A stretch of 64,000 nucleotides of DNA from Octopus sinensis. Taxonomy: Eukaryota. The translations under genes were made by a program, and so were the position numbers. The stretch's first letter is position 1; every line of letters starts with the position of its first letter. Below, in pieces: positions 40,230-53,661 of this stretch. The stretch is from assembly GCF_006345805.1 (NCBI RefSeq), contig NC_043022.1:16492001-16556000 (forward strand). The letters run 5' to 3'. The notes under the pieces are model-generated. The model saw only the letters and a list, made by a program, of their open reading frames with translations, did no database searches and had not been told where the DNA came from.

Positions 40230-40649
40230 GTATATATATTTATATAAATGTATGTATGTTTCTTAATGTAGAACGAATGAGAAAGGAGTGCTCAATGCAT
40301 ATTGCAGAGGATATGATTTTTTTTTATTTAAACTGCAGCAGCTGAGAATTTATCTTGTGACCTGAGTTTCATGCTGTTGCAGCCATCAGGCGAATCTCTC
40401 CTCCTCTTCCCATCAGATTCTTTTGATCACATCTTCAACGTTTTGCATCAAGCATTTTAAGGATTGCTTTTTTGGGGTGAAATATGTATATTTTTCAGAT
40501 GGTATTATTAGTCTACGTATTTTCTCTTGCAATGCATTGGTTGGCCCAGTACTAAAGAAGAAGTGCTGTACAGTGGGACTGAACTGAAAGTCATGTGAAT
40601 CAGAAAGAAACTTCTTGACTACACTGCCATGCCTGTGAAAATATATCTT

Positions 40650-40965
40650 TTATCTTTTACTTGTTTCAACCATTGGATTGTGGCCATGCTGGGGCACCAC
40701 TTTTAGTTGAAAAACTATTTTTTAAAGCAAAGTTAGAGGGTCGTAAACAAACAAACATGTAAAGCAATTGAGGTGGGGGGAGGGGCAAACATAACGACAC
40801 ACTCATACATGGTGGGCTTCTTTCAGTTTCCATCTACCAAATCCACTCCTGAAACTTTGGTTGGCCCAAGGCTATAACAGAAGACACTTGCCCAAGGTGC
40901 CACACAGTGGGGCTGAACCTGGAACCATGTGGTTGGGAAGCAACCTCCTTACAATCATGCCTGTG
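40650..40965 (-). mobile_element. Family A SINE with internal deletion
   Basis: Head at about 40900-40965 and tail at about 40650-40710; an extra head fragment at about 40565-40635. Confidence 0.8.
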
Positions 40966-41028
40966 GCTATAAAATTTGTAGGTTTTCTCTTTCTCTCTCT
41001 CCACACATATCTGTCTGTCTGTCTCTAC

Positions 41029-41059
<31 letters not shown>

Positions 41060-41820
41060 TGTATGTATGCGTGTGTGCATGAGCGTATGTGTGTGTGTGT
41101 GTGTGTAGTTACTTTGAAACAGACATGAGCACACAGACACATACAACAGATTACACATGACAGGGTTTTCATAGTATTTCCTGGATACCAACTTTGTATA
41201 CTTCAACAATAATATCTATAACAGAGCTAATGTAGCATATAATTGACATTCCATGGTGAACTGGGGAGCTGCAGACATTGTAAATCTTCATAGAGGTCCT
41301 TAGGAACATGTTACTTTTATTATTATTATCATTATTATTATTATTATTATTCTTATCCTAGCTGAACACTTGGCATGGCTCCAAGTATTGCTGAAGGACA
41401 TAGATGAATATTACAAAAGGAGATAAAAATATCAATTGTACGTATTAAACCAGTAAATATTTGAAGATCTGCATAAAGACTTGTATTAATTGTATCGGTT
41501 GGTTTTTATAACACTGCAAAAGAAATAAGAGCCATAAATTTTAAAGAAGGGAAGTAGTTTAAAGATTACTTCTATGAATATTTAATTGGGAAAGTGGAAA
41601 TGTGTATTATCTGTGGAGATACTGAAGGTGCCTGAAGGGCTCAGATACTGCTGTGTGGGGTGTGGTGAAGGAGTTTGTTTCAGAACCACTTGGTTCTGAG
41701 TTCATTCCCACTCTGTGGACATTGCTGTCTTAGTGTCTCGTGTCTCCTATGGTAGCTCATGGAAGGGAAAGAGGTGTGTCTTATATACATGCATCCATGT
41801 GTGCGTGTGTATATATATAT

Positions 41821-42015
41821 AGGGAGAGTTTACGAAAAAAACAAAAGACGAAGGCAGGTGGTGTACAAAACAAACAGATGTATTAGTATAACACTCAGGA
41901 ATAGAAAAAGTGTTTTACGTTTCGAGCGTACACTCTTCTACAGAAAGGGACACAGAAAAAAGAAGGAGAGAACAAAATGTGTGTAGTGGCTAACGATCTA
42001 TCATGGCGACTGGTC
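41821..42015 (-). mobile_element. Penelope-like terminal repeat, (TA)n-flanked
   Basis: Contains a minimal hammerhead-like motif and has the same architecture as the 35251 element. Confidence 0.6.
41910..41953 (-). ncRNA. Variant minimal type I hammerhead ribozyme motif
   Basis: Minus strand gugucccuuu-CUGUAGA-A-GAGU-guac-GCUC-GAAA-C-GUA-aaacac: stem II present, palindromic ACGU stem III, A6U core variant. Confidence 0.45.
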
Positions 42016-42384
42016 TATATATATATGATAGACAGTATTTTATTGAAGCTGCAAAATTTCGTAAAGTGTTCCTCAGTCTTATGCAACCAATCATCAAACA
42101 TTTGTCTGAGTGACCCCTTGTGGCATTCTTCTGCTTCAATAAAACCTTGTGTTTTCCCTACCTTTCATATTCAAGTACCACTTTGTTATGCCTCTATGTG
42201 TTCACATGTTTGTGTATATGAGTATGGAAGAGAGAGAAAAAAACCCCAGGAGATATAGGACCCAGTGTGCAAGTTTCTATACTGTAATTTTTAATTGGTG
42301 GGAAGTTACTGAAGTAACGAGATCAACAGCCGAGAGTTTCGAGGATATGTATGTGTGTGTGGGTGGGTGTGTATGTTCCCCTTA

Positions 42385-43160
42385 ACTTGACATTTGCATG
42401 CTGCTTGTAAACAAACCCCACTGTCCATGAAAATTTGTGTTCTTTGTTTACCATCTTCTCAAAGACCAGGTGGAATGTTTAACTGGGTTTCTACTGCTTC
42501 ATTCATAGTCTTTCAGTTATACTTTCATTAGATTTCTCTCTAGACCTCATTACACTGGCCAAGTAATAGATCTCATTTTGCTACATCTAAAGAGTCGTCT
42601 CCCTCATTACATGGTTGCCCGTGTTACATAATTATTTGGGCTGTGGAGAACTACATAACACATTTGGAGCACCTCAAGTCCTGATATTATGCCTTACAAA
42701 CAGAAACCTTTTTATCCACTCCTCCTTCTTTGTCCACTCATCACACAGCACTCACTTCTTTCCCATAAAACTCTCTCTTGCCTGCCAATAGGCATCTGGT
42801 TTGTCATCTCTTAATAACTGTTCTTTTGCCATCTTTTTGTCTTTCTTGTCTCTGGATCACTCTTCCACATTTTCACCTTTTCCTGCAGTTCTTCAACAGA
42901 CTCTGTTCTGAGAACATGACTCTTAGTGTACAGAAATTCCCACCCCCCGACCAATCTGGACCCACAGGGGATTTCCCCCAGGTATATAATCAATACATGA
43001 CTGAGGTGACTCGGTTATACACCCACCTCTCATCTCCATTCCTTATTAAGTTTATTATTGGTCCTGGTGTTGCTTCACACATCACTGGATGCCTCTCTTC
43101 TGGGACAGTTATCTGCACCGATTCCTCTCTTTCATCACTTCAATATAGATCTTGTGACCC
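42385..43160 (-). mobile_element. Decayed RTE-clade LINE reverse transcriptase region
   Basis: WEFLYTKSHVLRTESVEELQEKVKMWK resembles RTE WELLYADDLVLIAESVEEL; downstream remnants are consistent with RT and thumb. Confidence 0.7.
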
Positions 43161-43435
43161 TATCAGAAGCTAAACAACTGTCTCACTAAAATCTTAAACA
43201 ACTGCATTACATATTAATGTTGGCACATACATACATACAAACATACATACATACAAACATGCACTAGATAGGACACAAGCGGCAGAATTCTAGGCCAGAT
43301 CTTGGTTCCCTGATCTGCATATGTGTGTGTTAAAGTTGGTTTAAATAATGCACTTTGTCCTCTCACTAACTGTAATCCTAAAACACATTTGTTTGAACTC
43401 AGAATAAGTTTTATATATATATATATCATCATCAT

Positions 43436-43475
<40 letters not shown>

Positions 43476-44269
43476 GCGCACGTGTTTGTGAGTGTGTGTG
43501 AGTAATAATAAAGTGAACCAGTAATTAGAAACAGACAGTCACAACAAAAATAGATAAGATTTTCCAGGTAATTTATTTATTTGGCTCAATTATAACACTT
43601 TCTTTCTTCCTAAACATATTCAGAATTTTATTTCTTTTTCCTTTTTTTTTTCATCTTGTACTTTTTGCTATGTCCTCTCATATCCGAAATGGAATAATAC
43701 AAAAAAAAAACATAATAAAGACAAGACAAAAGAACAATTTAGTTCAAACAGTTCGACAACAACAACAACAACAATGCAGAATCTTAAGCTTAACGATCAT
43801 TTATTATCTGACAGCTCTCAAGGAAGCTTTTATGATCTTCATAGTTTCTATTAGGTTCTATTCACAAGTCAAACAAAAAGGTTAAAAAAGCAAAACACAA
43901 ACCCACAAACTTATGTTTTTTCTAATCTGTCTCTTTAATGTCATTATTTATTTATAGATTTTCAACTGGTCCACTGGTTTCTTTTTCAAAATTGGAAAAT
44001 TTCATGATCTCAAAGGAAATTAAATTGAAGGTGCCATGATTCCAAAATATACCAGAAAGACGCATGCAATTTTCTCACAATGTGTTGTTGTTGTTATTAT
44101 CATCAAGATCATTATTGTTTCAAGTCAATTATTTTTTTAACTTTGTTCCACTTGAGAAGCTTAGAACTTTCAATTGAGGATGTTTTTGTTCTGTGTTTAT
44201 TGCCTAAATTTAACCCACCCACCAACAACATCAGTTGCATACACAACAAACATATCTTTATACTCCACT

Positions 44270-44830
44270 TCACATCATCATTTAACATCCGTTTTCCATG
44301 CTGTAATGGGTTGGATGGTTTGACAGGAGCTGGTGAGGCCACACCAAACTCCATTGTTTTGGCAGGGTTTCTACAGCTGGGTACCCTTCCGAATGCCAAC
44401 TGCTTTACAAAGTGTACTGGATGCTTTTTAGGTTGTATCGGTGCCAGTGTGCCTTTTACGTGACACTTTCACAAGTGCTTTTTGTGTGACACCAGCACCA
44501 ACAGGGTCACCGAGTAACTTGTAAAGCAAATCCCACCTCAGCTTGGAAGAGGGGGTAATAGTGAGGGGATGATGGCTTTGTTCCAGTTGATGAGAGCTTA
44601 GAGGTATGGAAGGACAGGGATAGGTGTCCAGCTGTAGAGTTAATACATGAAAATTCCAGTTGATAAGGAGAGGAGGGTGGATAAAATTTCCCCTTTAGTT
44701 AGCAATGATAATTTGTTGGTCACAATGGTAACTGTTCAAGATCATCGTCCTCGACCTTAAGCTAGCTTGTTGTAGGGTTAAACCTTCATCTCAAATAAGG
44801 GTGGCACTTATCTCCTAATACCCTTAATTT
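44270..44830 (-). mobile_element. Family C element with long upstream extension
   Basis: catcatttaacatccgttttccatgc tail and diverged core, continuing into about 300 bp of non-SINE sequence. Confidence 0.7.
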
Positions 44831-44934
44831 ATAGAATGATGTTTAACTCTGCTTTCTTAGTGTGAAGTGGATGACAAATAAATTTTTCTATAGTTAGGAT
44901 GTCAGTCTATTTCAGTAGTAATAGTCACCCCCAA

Positions 44935-45245
44935 TCCAAATTGACCCCTGACACCAGATTTGTTCTTGAGTTAGTGTATCTCTTCTGGCAGAGAGGATGT
45001 CATTGGTGGATCTACTGGGGGTTGCACAAGTTCACATGTCATCAACTACATCACCACTAACAAATAACAACCTCTTGGCAAGAATCTTTACATCAAAATC
45101 TTCAATTTTGTGTTTAGCAATGTTACAAGGCTTTAAGGATCTGAATTTGTCTGTTGCATCCCCTTTGATGAGATCTTGCCTCCACAGCATCACTGGTTCC
45201 CAACTCTCATCACTGAAAATACACTTAGTCTGTTGCCATACCCAG
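44935..45245 (-). mobile_element. L1/Tx1-clade RT fragment
   Basis: KILAKRLLFVSGDVVDDM*TCATPSRSTNDIL ... VNLD; same family and region as 17255-17655. Confidence 0.7.
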
Positions 45246-45279
45246 ACAATTGTAGGATGTTACAATAATCCGTTCTACT

Positions 45280-45415
45280 ATCAGCACAAGGCCTGAAATT
45301 TTGGGGGAAGGGATAAGTCAATAACATTGACCTCAGTATGTAACTGGTATTTATTTCATTGACCCCGAAAGGATGAAAGGCAAAATGGACCTTGGCAGAA
45401 TTTGAACTCAGAACA
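45280..45415 (-). mobile_element. Family B SINE fragment
   Basis: gaccccgaaaggatgaaaggcaaa...gaatttgaactcagaa. Confidence 0.8.
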
Positions 45416-46539
45416 CAGTATGTTACAATAATGCTTATAGAGCAGACTCTCCACCCTGAGCAGTTTGCACTGACTCAAACCACTGATTCTTGTCTGTTAG
45501 ATCTTGCAAACTGTGCAACAAAATGCAGCTAGAAAACTACACACATCTGCTTGGAATCTGGTTGCATTCTGACAGAGGCGGAATTCAGGCATTTTTCTTT
45601 TTTTTTTTGCTTTTTGTGCTGCTAGCGTCTGCTGGCTTGGACCCATCAACTTGGTTTTGAACCCTTGTAAGAAAGTAGAGACGATTAGGAAAGCATTTTA
45701 TGCAGGCAGTAAGAGATTCTGATGAAAGAGATGAAAACTTTATGAAGCCAAACTGAATTTATAGAATTAAATAGAAATTTATTTCAAGATTGTTGTCGCA
45801 GATGATTGAAATTGGAGTTGTTGAAGATTAGCTGTCGTTGGAGATAATACTTGGCTGGATGCCACAACTATGTAAACACACAGAGCAGCAAGAAAGAACA
45901 CACACGATCTGTTGGTCTTTGGAACCGACTCCTTCTTCTTCTTCTTCTTCTTTATTGGCTCTGATACTTAAAGCCAAGCATTTGGTGGCATTAACAAAAA
46001 AGATTGCCAGTAAATCTGTTAGATTTCTATGGAGAAGCACTAAGTCCAATATTGCTCTTCCAGAAATTGAAAACATTTATTGAGTGGTCTTTTACTTCTT
46101 ATTGCTTTGTTTTTGTTTTTTTTTGTTGTTGTTGTTTCCTTTTTTTTTTCTAGATTTTGTTAGATGTATTGCATGTGGGTGGTTGTGAACGAGTGGGGGT
46201 GAGTGGGTAGAAGAAATATGAATTGTTAGTAGGAAGATAATTTAAAAAGAGAGAAGAAAAAAAGTACAATGAATTGGCTGGTGCAGGAGGAATACAATCC
46301 TATTTCAGTTTCATGCATCATCACCAGCATCATCATCATCATCATCGTTATTATTATTGTTGTTGTTGTTGTTGTTGCTGTATTGATTTTTCATCTTTTC
46401 CAGACATATAACCTATTTAATTTCAAATACATGCCAAAAATATTGTCTTTTCAAATAAGACATCTTAAATAAATGTTGTCATATCTGATAAAATATGTTA
46501 GCTCTGAGCTGTCATAGCCAGTATGATAGAGTTATGTGT

Positions 46540-46758
46540 TGGTTTTAGATTTTGGCACAAAGCCAGTAATTTTGAGGGTGGGGGGAGTAAATGAATTACA
46601 TCGACCCCCAGTATGCAACTGGTCCTTAATTTATCAACACTGAAAGGATGAAAGACAAAGTCGACCCCGGTGGAATTTGAACCCAGAATGTACAGACAGA
46701 TGAAATACTGCAAAGCATTTCATCCTGTGTGCTAACCATTCTACCAGTTTGCCACCCT
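46540..46758 (-). mobile_element. Family B SINE
   Basis: Full core and head remnants. Confidence 0.82.
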
Positions 46759-48023
46759 AAACAGCTTCAGAAATATTAAAGGTGACGAAGTCCTCAGTGA
46801 ATTAACAGAGTTGTTAGAACAGCAACTCAGATGTATTGAAATGCTTGTAGTAAACCTGTGAAAGTCAACGTTGCTTTTCATTTTGGGGGCTCAAAAAAAA
46901 AAATGGGTACCAACTGGTCTGGATGGATTGTGACATGTTTTCTAGTTTTGAGGTCAGATCCTACCATGGCTCACATGGGTCTAGACTTAACACATTCCTT
47001 GGTTTAATGCTACCACCTGGCATCCTGGGTCCCTTTAGCAGATTTCACTCTCTTGCAAGTAAATATTTAAGCCAGGTCTCTGGTTTGGGGCTATTTTTTC
47101 AGAGGCCCTGTAAGTGGGTCATAGGCACTGTATCCCTGCTTCCCTGAAGGGTGAAACAGAAAGGGGGAACATGACCAAGTACCTTAAAGTGTCTTGTCTG
47201 AAAATCTACAAATTCTGGCATCGTCCCACCAATATTGTTAATGTAGACAGAAAAACTAAGGTAATCTGGTGAAAAATTGAATTATACCCATAATTTATAT
47301 TTGTTTTACAAATTGTGTGTGTGTGTAGGTGAGTTTGTAGGTGGGGGTGTGCATGTGTGTGTAGGTGGGTGTGTGTAATTTCTTGGCCATATAGATTATA
47401 CATTATTTATGACAATGAATTATATTGGTGATTAAAAAAAAACATCCAAAATAGTTGAAATGATTTCATCTTTTTCCAAATAAGAACCCAATCTACAGAA
47501 ACATTACAGTTTTCTGTAAGCTGTCCAATAACGTTTGCCAACATGTTGTACTGGTGTTAGATTTGAAGTTTTAAGAAGGACTGCATTCCTTCAAAATATA
47601 TAAATCACTGGATGTTTTGGGAGGATAAATCTTCACTGGCCTTCACTTACAGGTTACACATATATATATATATATATAAATATCAATTGGTTCTTTGTAG
47701 CCATTAATATTTACCATATATTGGCAATGCATGTATGTATGTGTATTTATATATTTTGATATGTATATATTTGCATGTGTAGGTATATACACATATATGG
47801 ATGCATGTTTTATGTGTGTGTATCTTTCTGCTCACACACACACACAACATGCATATACAGTTACAGTTATATGTTATTAAATGAAAATATTTACATATTA
47901 TTTTACTTTCATGTTAACATGAGTGAGGTGGCTCTCCAAATTTAGTAACATTTATACAGAATGTTGGCAGTGATGTGGAGGCAGTCATTCTGTTTGATGC
48001 ACTTCTTTAATTTTATATTTTTG

Positions 48024-48067
<44 letters not shown>

Positions 48068-48069
48068 GT

Positions 48070-48258
48070 GGTTTCAAATTTTGGCACAAGGCCAGTAGTT
48101 TCAGAGGAAGGATACACAACTGGTACTTATTTTATCAACCCCAAAAGGATGAAAGGCAAAGACGACATTGGCAGAATTTGAACTCAGACTGTAAAGACAG
48201 ACAAAATGCCACCAAGCATTTTTCCCAAGGTGCTAATGCTTCTGCCAACTCACTGCCT
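48070..48258 (-). mobile_element. Family B SINE
   Basis: Full core and head remnants. Confidence 0.82.
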
Positions 48259-48259
48259 T

Positions 48260-48600
48260 AATCATCATCATCATCATTGTTTAATGTCCGCTTTCCATGC
48301 TGGCATGGGTTGGATGGTTTGATTGAGGACTGACAAGCCGGAAAGCTGCACCAGGCTCCACTCTGTTCTGGCAAAGTTCCTACAGCTGGATGCCCTTCCT
48401 AACACCAACCACTCAGCAGAGTATAGTGGGTGTTTTTTATGTGCCTCTGGCTCAGGAGCCCATCAAGGGGCTCTGGCATCAACCATATTCGGATGTTGCT
48501 TTTTACATGCTACCGGCACAGGAACCTGTCAGGGGGCACTGGCATCGATCATGTTCAGATGGTGCCTTTTACATGCCAATGGCACAGGAGCCCATCAGGG
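48260..48600 (-). mobile_element. Family C retroposon with about three ~66-bp head units
   Basis: Tail at 48260, core, then repeated tttt(a)yrtgcc...ggcacaggagccc units. Confidence 0.82.
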
Positions 48601-49330
48601 GACAAACAAACAAACACAACTAAAAACAATACCTGCTCCTTTGCTAAGGCAGGGGTAATAAGTTACTTTAATGTTACCACTGTGGTAGAAAAGGTGAAAA
48701 GACAAAAAAATGATTAGATTTATGGAATATGAGTTTGACAATACAGTAGTAGACGTGTTGCACTGATATCAGGGGTTCAAATCTTTTGGGAGTGCTTTGT
48801 TGTATTTTTAGGCAAACATTTTATTTTATATAGCTTCAGTTGGTCATTTTATGAAGACCAGGTGAGTAGTCCCAGGTCATTTAGTAAATGTTGCCTGTCA
48901 AATCAAAGTCCACCAGTCTTCAGGGTCTGCCTTAGTATTTCTCTCTGGGCACTCAGTCCTGATGACCAGTTGAAGCTAATGCACATTCTGCATTAAATGC
49001 ATCACACACAGGCAACCACCATCAGACCACCATCAGCTGAAGATTTTCTGCTCTTATGAAATTCCTATCAATTGCAATTAAAAACTGGAATTTAGCAAAA
49101 TTTTGCATTTTCTTAGACTTCTTAACTGAGACCTTTGTAAATTTTAAGCTAGAATAGGAACGGACAAATTTAAACTGACCTTTTATTCTCTAAACTGGTA
49201 ACAGTGAAGATACGAATATACACATGCACACATTATAAATACATAGAAACACACACACACACACATACTAACACATGCATACAATCGCACATCTGTTGTA
49301 CTTTGATTTATACCAGTGTTTCAGTTGGTT

Positions 49331-49440
49331 TTATCTCTTTGTTTCAACTCAGATTTTTCTAAACAAAAGACATTAACATCTTCATCCACTCATAACCAAA
49401 CGATGTGTATTTGCACAGATATGGATGTAAACACACAAAC
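49331..49440. repeat. Segment duplicated at 51001-51130, with its second half inverted there
   Basis: Direct pairwise alignment. Confidence 0.9.
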
Positions 49441-50872
49441 ACACACACACAACAAAACCCGAACTCAGAAAAGCAGAATTATTGCACTAAATACTTCATT
49501 TGACTAGTTCCCATCTATAAGTAGGTCATTTTCTTATTGGTATTATTTTTTTTATAAACTCTTATGGATATCAGAAATGTCTTTGTTGTGCCGGAGCTAA
49601 ACACCTCTTCAATCTCTTTTATCATCTCTGATCTTTGACATTTCTTTCCAGAGACTCTGTTACTATAAAGAGGTGCCAATTTCATGGCCGTTTCCAGTCA
49701 ACAGTGTTAGCTGTCCGAATACTTTTTATTGCTACATAAAATGATAGGTTTGCATTAAAAAGAAACTGAAATTCCAGCATTAAAAAATGGTGAACGAAGA
49801 CACCATCCATGTGTTAGAATTTATCACTCATTCAAGCCTGTCTATTTTAATATCCTTATTTGGTAATAAAAATTTTCAACGTCAAAAGAATGAGGAAAAT
49901 AAAATGAATATAGATATTTTATAGCCCAAGTAATACAATATATTATTAGTAAAGTTTATTGTTTTCCTTTCATAATTTATTGTTACGAAAACAAAAAGAA
50001 ATTCATCAATAAAAACAAGCAGCAGCAGCACCAGCAGCAGCAGCAGCCATGGACTTTCTTTTCATTCTCTGCTTTTTATTTTTACCTTTTGACATATTTG
50101 GTATTTTGTCACTCCCAGTCAGGCATCGCTAGAGCCGTATTTCTATCGTTTCCCCTTTTCTTTTTAGTTTTCTCTCCCTTTGTTTTTATTCCTCTTGTCC
50201 CTTTCATCCTTTTGAGGAACTTTGATGTAAATGCCTGCAATAAAACCCGGCCAAAGCTCAGACTTTGAGGTGTTCGACACACATAAACTTGGCAAGGTCA
50301 ACGGAGTCGCAACAAGTCACCGTAAAACCACGTATTTCACTTTTATGTGCAAGGTGGGAAATAATGATTTTTTAAAAACCGTGTTACAACAGTAAATATT
50401 TAGAGACCTGAAGCTAAACCTCAATTTAGATTCCTGTTTGGAACTGAATTTCTTACCTCCCCAATTTCTTTTTGAAGGGCATGAAACTTGTAACTTCCAG
50501 TTTGCCCTCTCATTAAATTGGAAATAAATACCTCGTTAATAAAGGTATCCATTTGTTGAACTTTAGAAAACAAGGAAAATAGGAGCGAAATATCTGCCTT
50601 GTGCCTTCTGATTCTACATTAAAATCCCTGTCGGAACCTCATGATTTTCGTCTTTCATCTTTCAACAATAAAGTACCTTGTTTGATAAATAGTAGTCAAT
50701 TGAATTTTCTCCCATCTCATCGAAAAGGGGTTTGAAAGATCAGTTGTTTTGGGAAAATCTAATGGGAACAATACTTATCTTCCATTGTGAATAGCACCAT
50801 GGAGATATGCTCCTGGTCTGCTTTCCGATACATCATTTTATTATCCATTTAAAAGGAAATCCATGAAAAGCT

Positions 50873-50997
50873 GGGGCTGTATGGTAAGAAGTTTGCTTCC
50901 CAACCACATGGTTCTGGGTTCAGTCCCACTGCATGGCACCTTGGGCAAGTATCTTCTACTACAGCCTCCGGTCAATCAAAGCCTGTGAGTGGATTTG
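50873..50997 (+). mobile_element. Family A SINE 5' half
   Basis: Intact head and core, ending abruptly at ggatttg. Confidence 0.85.
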
Positions 50998-51424
50998 ACT
51001 TTATCTCTTTGTTTGAATTCAGGTTTTTCTAAACAAAAGACATTAACATGTGTGTGTGTGTGTGTGTGTTTACATCCATATCTGTGCAAATACACACTGT
51101 TTGGTTATGAGTGGGTTAAGATGTTAATGTACATAGAGTGTATAGGTATGTGTAAGAGGTAACCAAAGTGTAAAGGTATATACATGTACACATAGTATAA
51201 ATGATGGTCTTAGAATAACAGAATAGAATCAAAGAACCAGAATATTTTAGGGAAACAAGATTATTCTTTATCAAGAGTCCTCCTGTTGCTTCAAACCAGC
51301 AAGAGAGGGTTCCTTAAAAATAGCAGACTTATGCCAACTGGCCCACCTTCTTGTAGAGGAGGCTCCCTTGTTAGTCAACAGTCAGCTAAAATCCCATTAT
51401 TCTGGATCCCCCAACCCTACAAAC

Positions 51425-51850
51425 AACAACATCATCATTTAACATCCATTTCCATACTGACATGAGTTGGATGGTTTGACAGGAGCTGGCATGGCTGGAG
51501 AGCTGCACCAGGTTCCAATTGTCTGTTTTGGCATGGTTCCTATGGCTGGATGCTCTTTCTAATGTCACCACCTTTACACAGGTGTTTTCTACATGGCACC
51601 AGCACCACTGCTTTATATGTGGCACCAGCATCAGTGCTTTATATGTGGCACCAGCACCACGGCTTTATATGTGGCACCAGCATCAGTGCTTTATATGTGG
51701 CACCAGCATCAGTGCTTTATATGTGGCACCTGTATAGGTGCTTCTTATGTGGCACCAGCACAGATGCTTTTTACACGACACCAGCACTGCTGATTTTAAT
51801 GTGGCAACGGCATGGGTGTGGCACAAGCATGGATGTGGCACCAAAATGAG
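51425..51850 (-). mobile_element. Family C retroposon ending in a 26-bp minisatellite
   Basis: Tail and core at 51425-51580, array at 51583-51845. Confidence 0.8.
51583..51845. repeat. 26-bp tandem array GTGGCACCAGCATCAGTGCTTTATAT (about 9-10 units)
   Basis: Several near-identical central units with decaying flanks. Confidence 0.93.
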
Positions 51851-52423
51851 CATGGCATCTACATGGAGAAGGAAATTCTTCTGGAGTGCCTCACTAACCT
51901 TAAAAGTTATGGAATAATTCCATCAAGCATTCGAAACCTTGTGCTAATAAAAGACATGGATACATGCCCAACTGACTTTCCAGATTCATTTTGTCTCTAC
52001 CGCCAGCCCCCTTTTAGTACTAACTTCATTTTCATAAAGGCAAGAGATGGTAATCTGGAACTGTCAGAAGTTAAAATTGTCTGTCTTGTTTAATGGATTT
52101 ATTTCAGTAAAGGCCAACGCCACACCCGACCCAACCCGACCCAACCCATACACAACTATTTCAGTTTATGTCAGGAACCAACTCATAAATTACTTGTCAT
52201 ATTTTACATCTACAACACAAACATGCTTCATTAGGAATGAGAATCTCTCTCACTCTCTCTTTCTCTCTCTCTCCTGATACCATTTTCTCTCTCTTTCTCT
52301 CTCTCTCTCTATCAACTTTATTGGTCATATTCATATATGGTATGTATACACACATATAAATATATGTTCAAATGTGCATGTATAAATATATATATAAATG
52401 TAATAAATACTTATATGCATATT

Positions 52424-52458
<35 letters not shown>

Positions 52459-53407
52459 TTCCTCCCTCACCTAGCCTTCCTCTCCTTTATACGGATATTT
52501 TTTCGTTGTGATAGCTACGTTTATATTTATAAATTTATGGAAAGTAATAAAATATAAGCTTAAATACTAGTTTTTAGAGAAATTGACTTGTATTGCGAAT
52601 GTTTCTGAGAGAGAGTGTGTGTGTTTGTGCATGTGTCTACATGTGCATGCATGTGTGTGTGTGTGTGCATGTGTCTTTATGTGTGTGTGTGCATTTGTCT
52701 TTATGTGGCAGTGAAGGGAAAATTGATTTAGTAGCTGTAGGAGATAACACACAGAACACTATAGACTAATATCCTTTACCAGGAGATAAAGATTCCAGTC
52801 GACTGCAAAGTGCAGAGTAGTATGTGATAAGTATTGAAACATGCTTCGTTTAGTAAGATTTTTGAGGTTAATTTGACATGAATAAATATAAAGAAAACAA
52901 GGAGAAAAAATGTGAAAACAAACAGTTTCATGTAGTTATATATTTTCAAAGTTATTTGAAATAAATCAAATTATGTAAGCATGTATACATCTGGTTGTAT
53001 GTCTGTTTGGGCGTCCCTCTGTGTCAGTGTGTGAAGGTCTATAAAGATGGAGAATAAATTTTATAATAATCTTTATTAGTTTCATAAACAATTGTTTAGT
53101 AGTCTAATAATAATAATAATAATGTTTTATAACCTTTTGGACTACCACTGCAGTAACTTCATAGTCATTTAGTGATTATTCTCCGCTTACCACCACGACC
53201 ATCACCACCACTGTTTTCCTTTAGGATTTTGAGTGAGGAAAATTAAATTTGGGAGAAGTTGCTATCAAAATATGTATGTGTGTGTATCATCATCATTATT
53301 GTACAGCCATTTTATCATGGTACATACATACATGCATATAGATATATGTGTGGAAGAGAAACTGGTCATCTATATATATATATGTGTGTATATATATATA
53401 TATATGT

Positions 53408-53595
53408 AGGTGGCACATAAAAAGCACCCACTACACTCACGGAGTGGTTGACGTTAGGAAGGGCATCCAGCCATAGAAACATTGCCAGATCAGACTGGGC
53501 CTGGTGCAGCCTTCTGGCTTCACAGACCCCAGTTGAACCATCCAACCCATGCTAGCATGGAAAGCGGACGCTAAATGATGATGATGATGATGATG
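53408..53595 (+). mobile_element. Family C retroposon
   Basis: Core plus (GAT)n tail. Confidence 0.9.
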
Positions 53596-53661
53596 TATAT
53601 ATATATACACATACACATGTGCACACACACACGCACACACGCGCGTTCGCTCACAAAACAG

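Noticed and set aside
45716-45740. CTGATGA...GAAA hammerhead candidate
   Set aside because: No stem II pairing between the core halves.
51583-51845. CRISPR-like regular repeat
   Set aside because: Units are contiguous with no unique spacers, there are no cas genes, and the context is eukaryotic.
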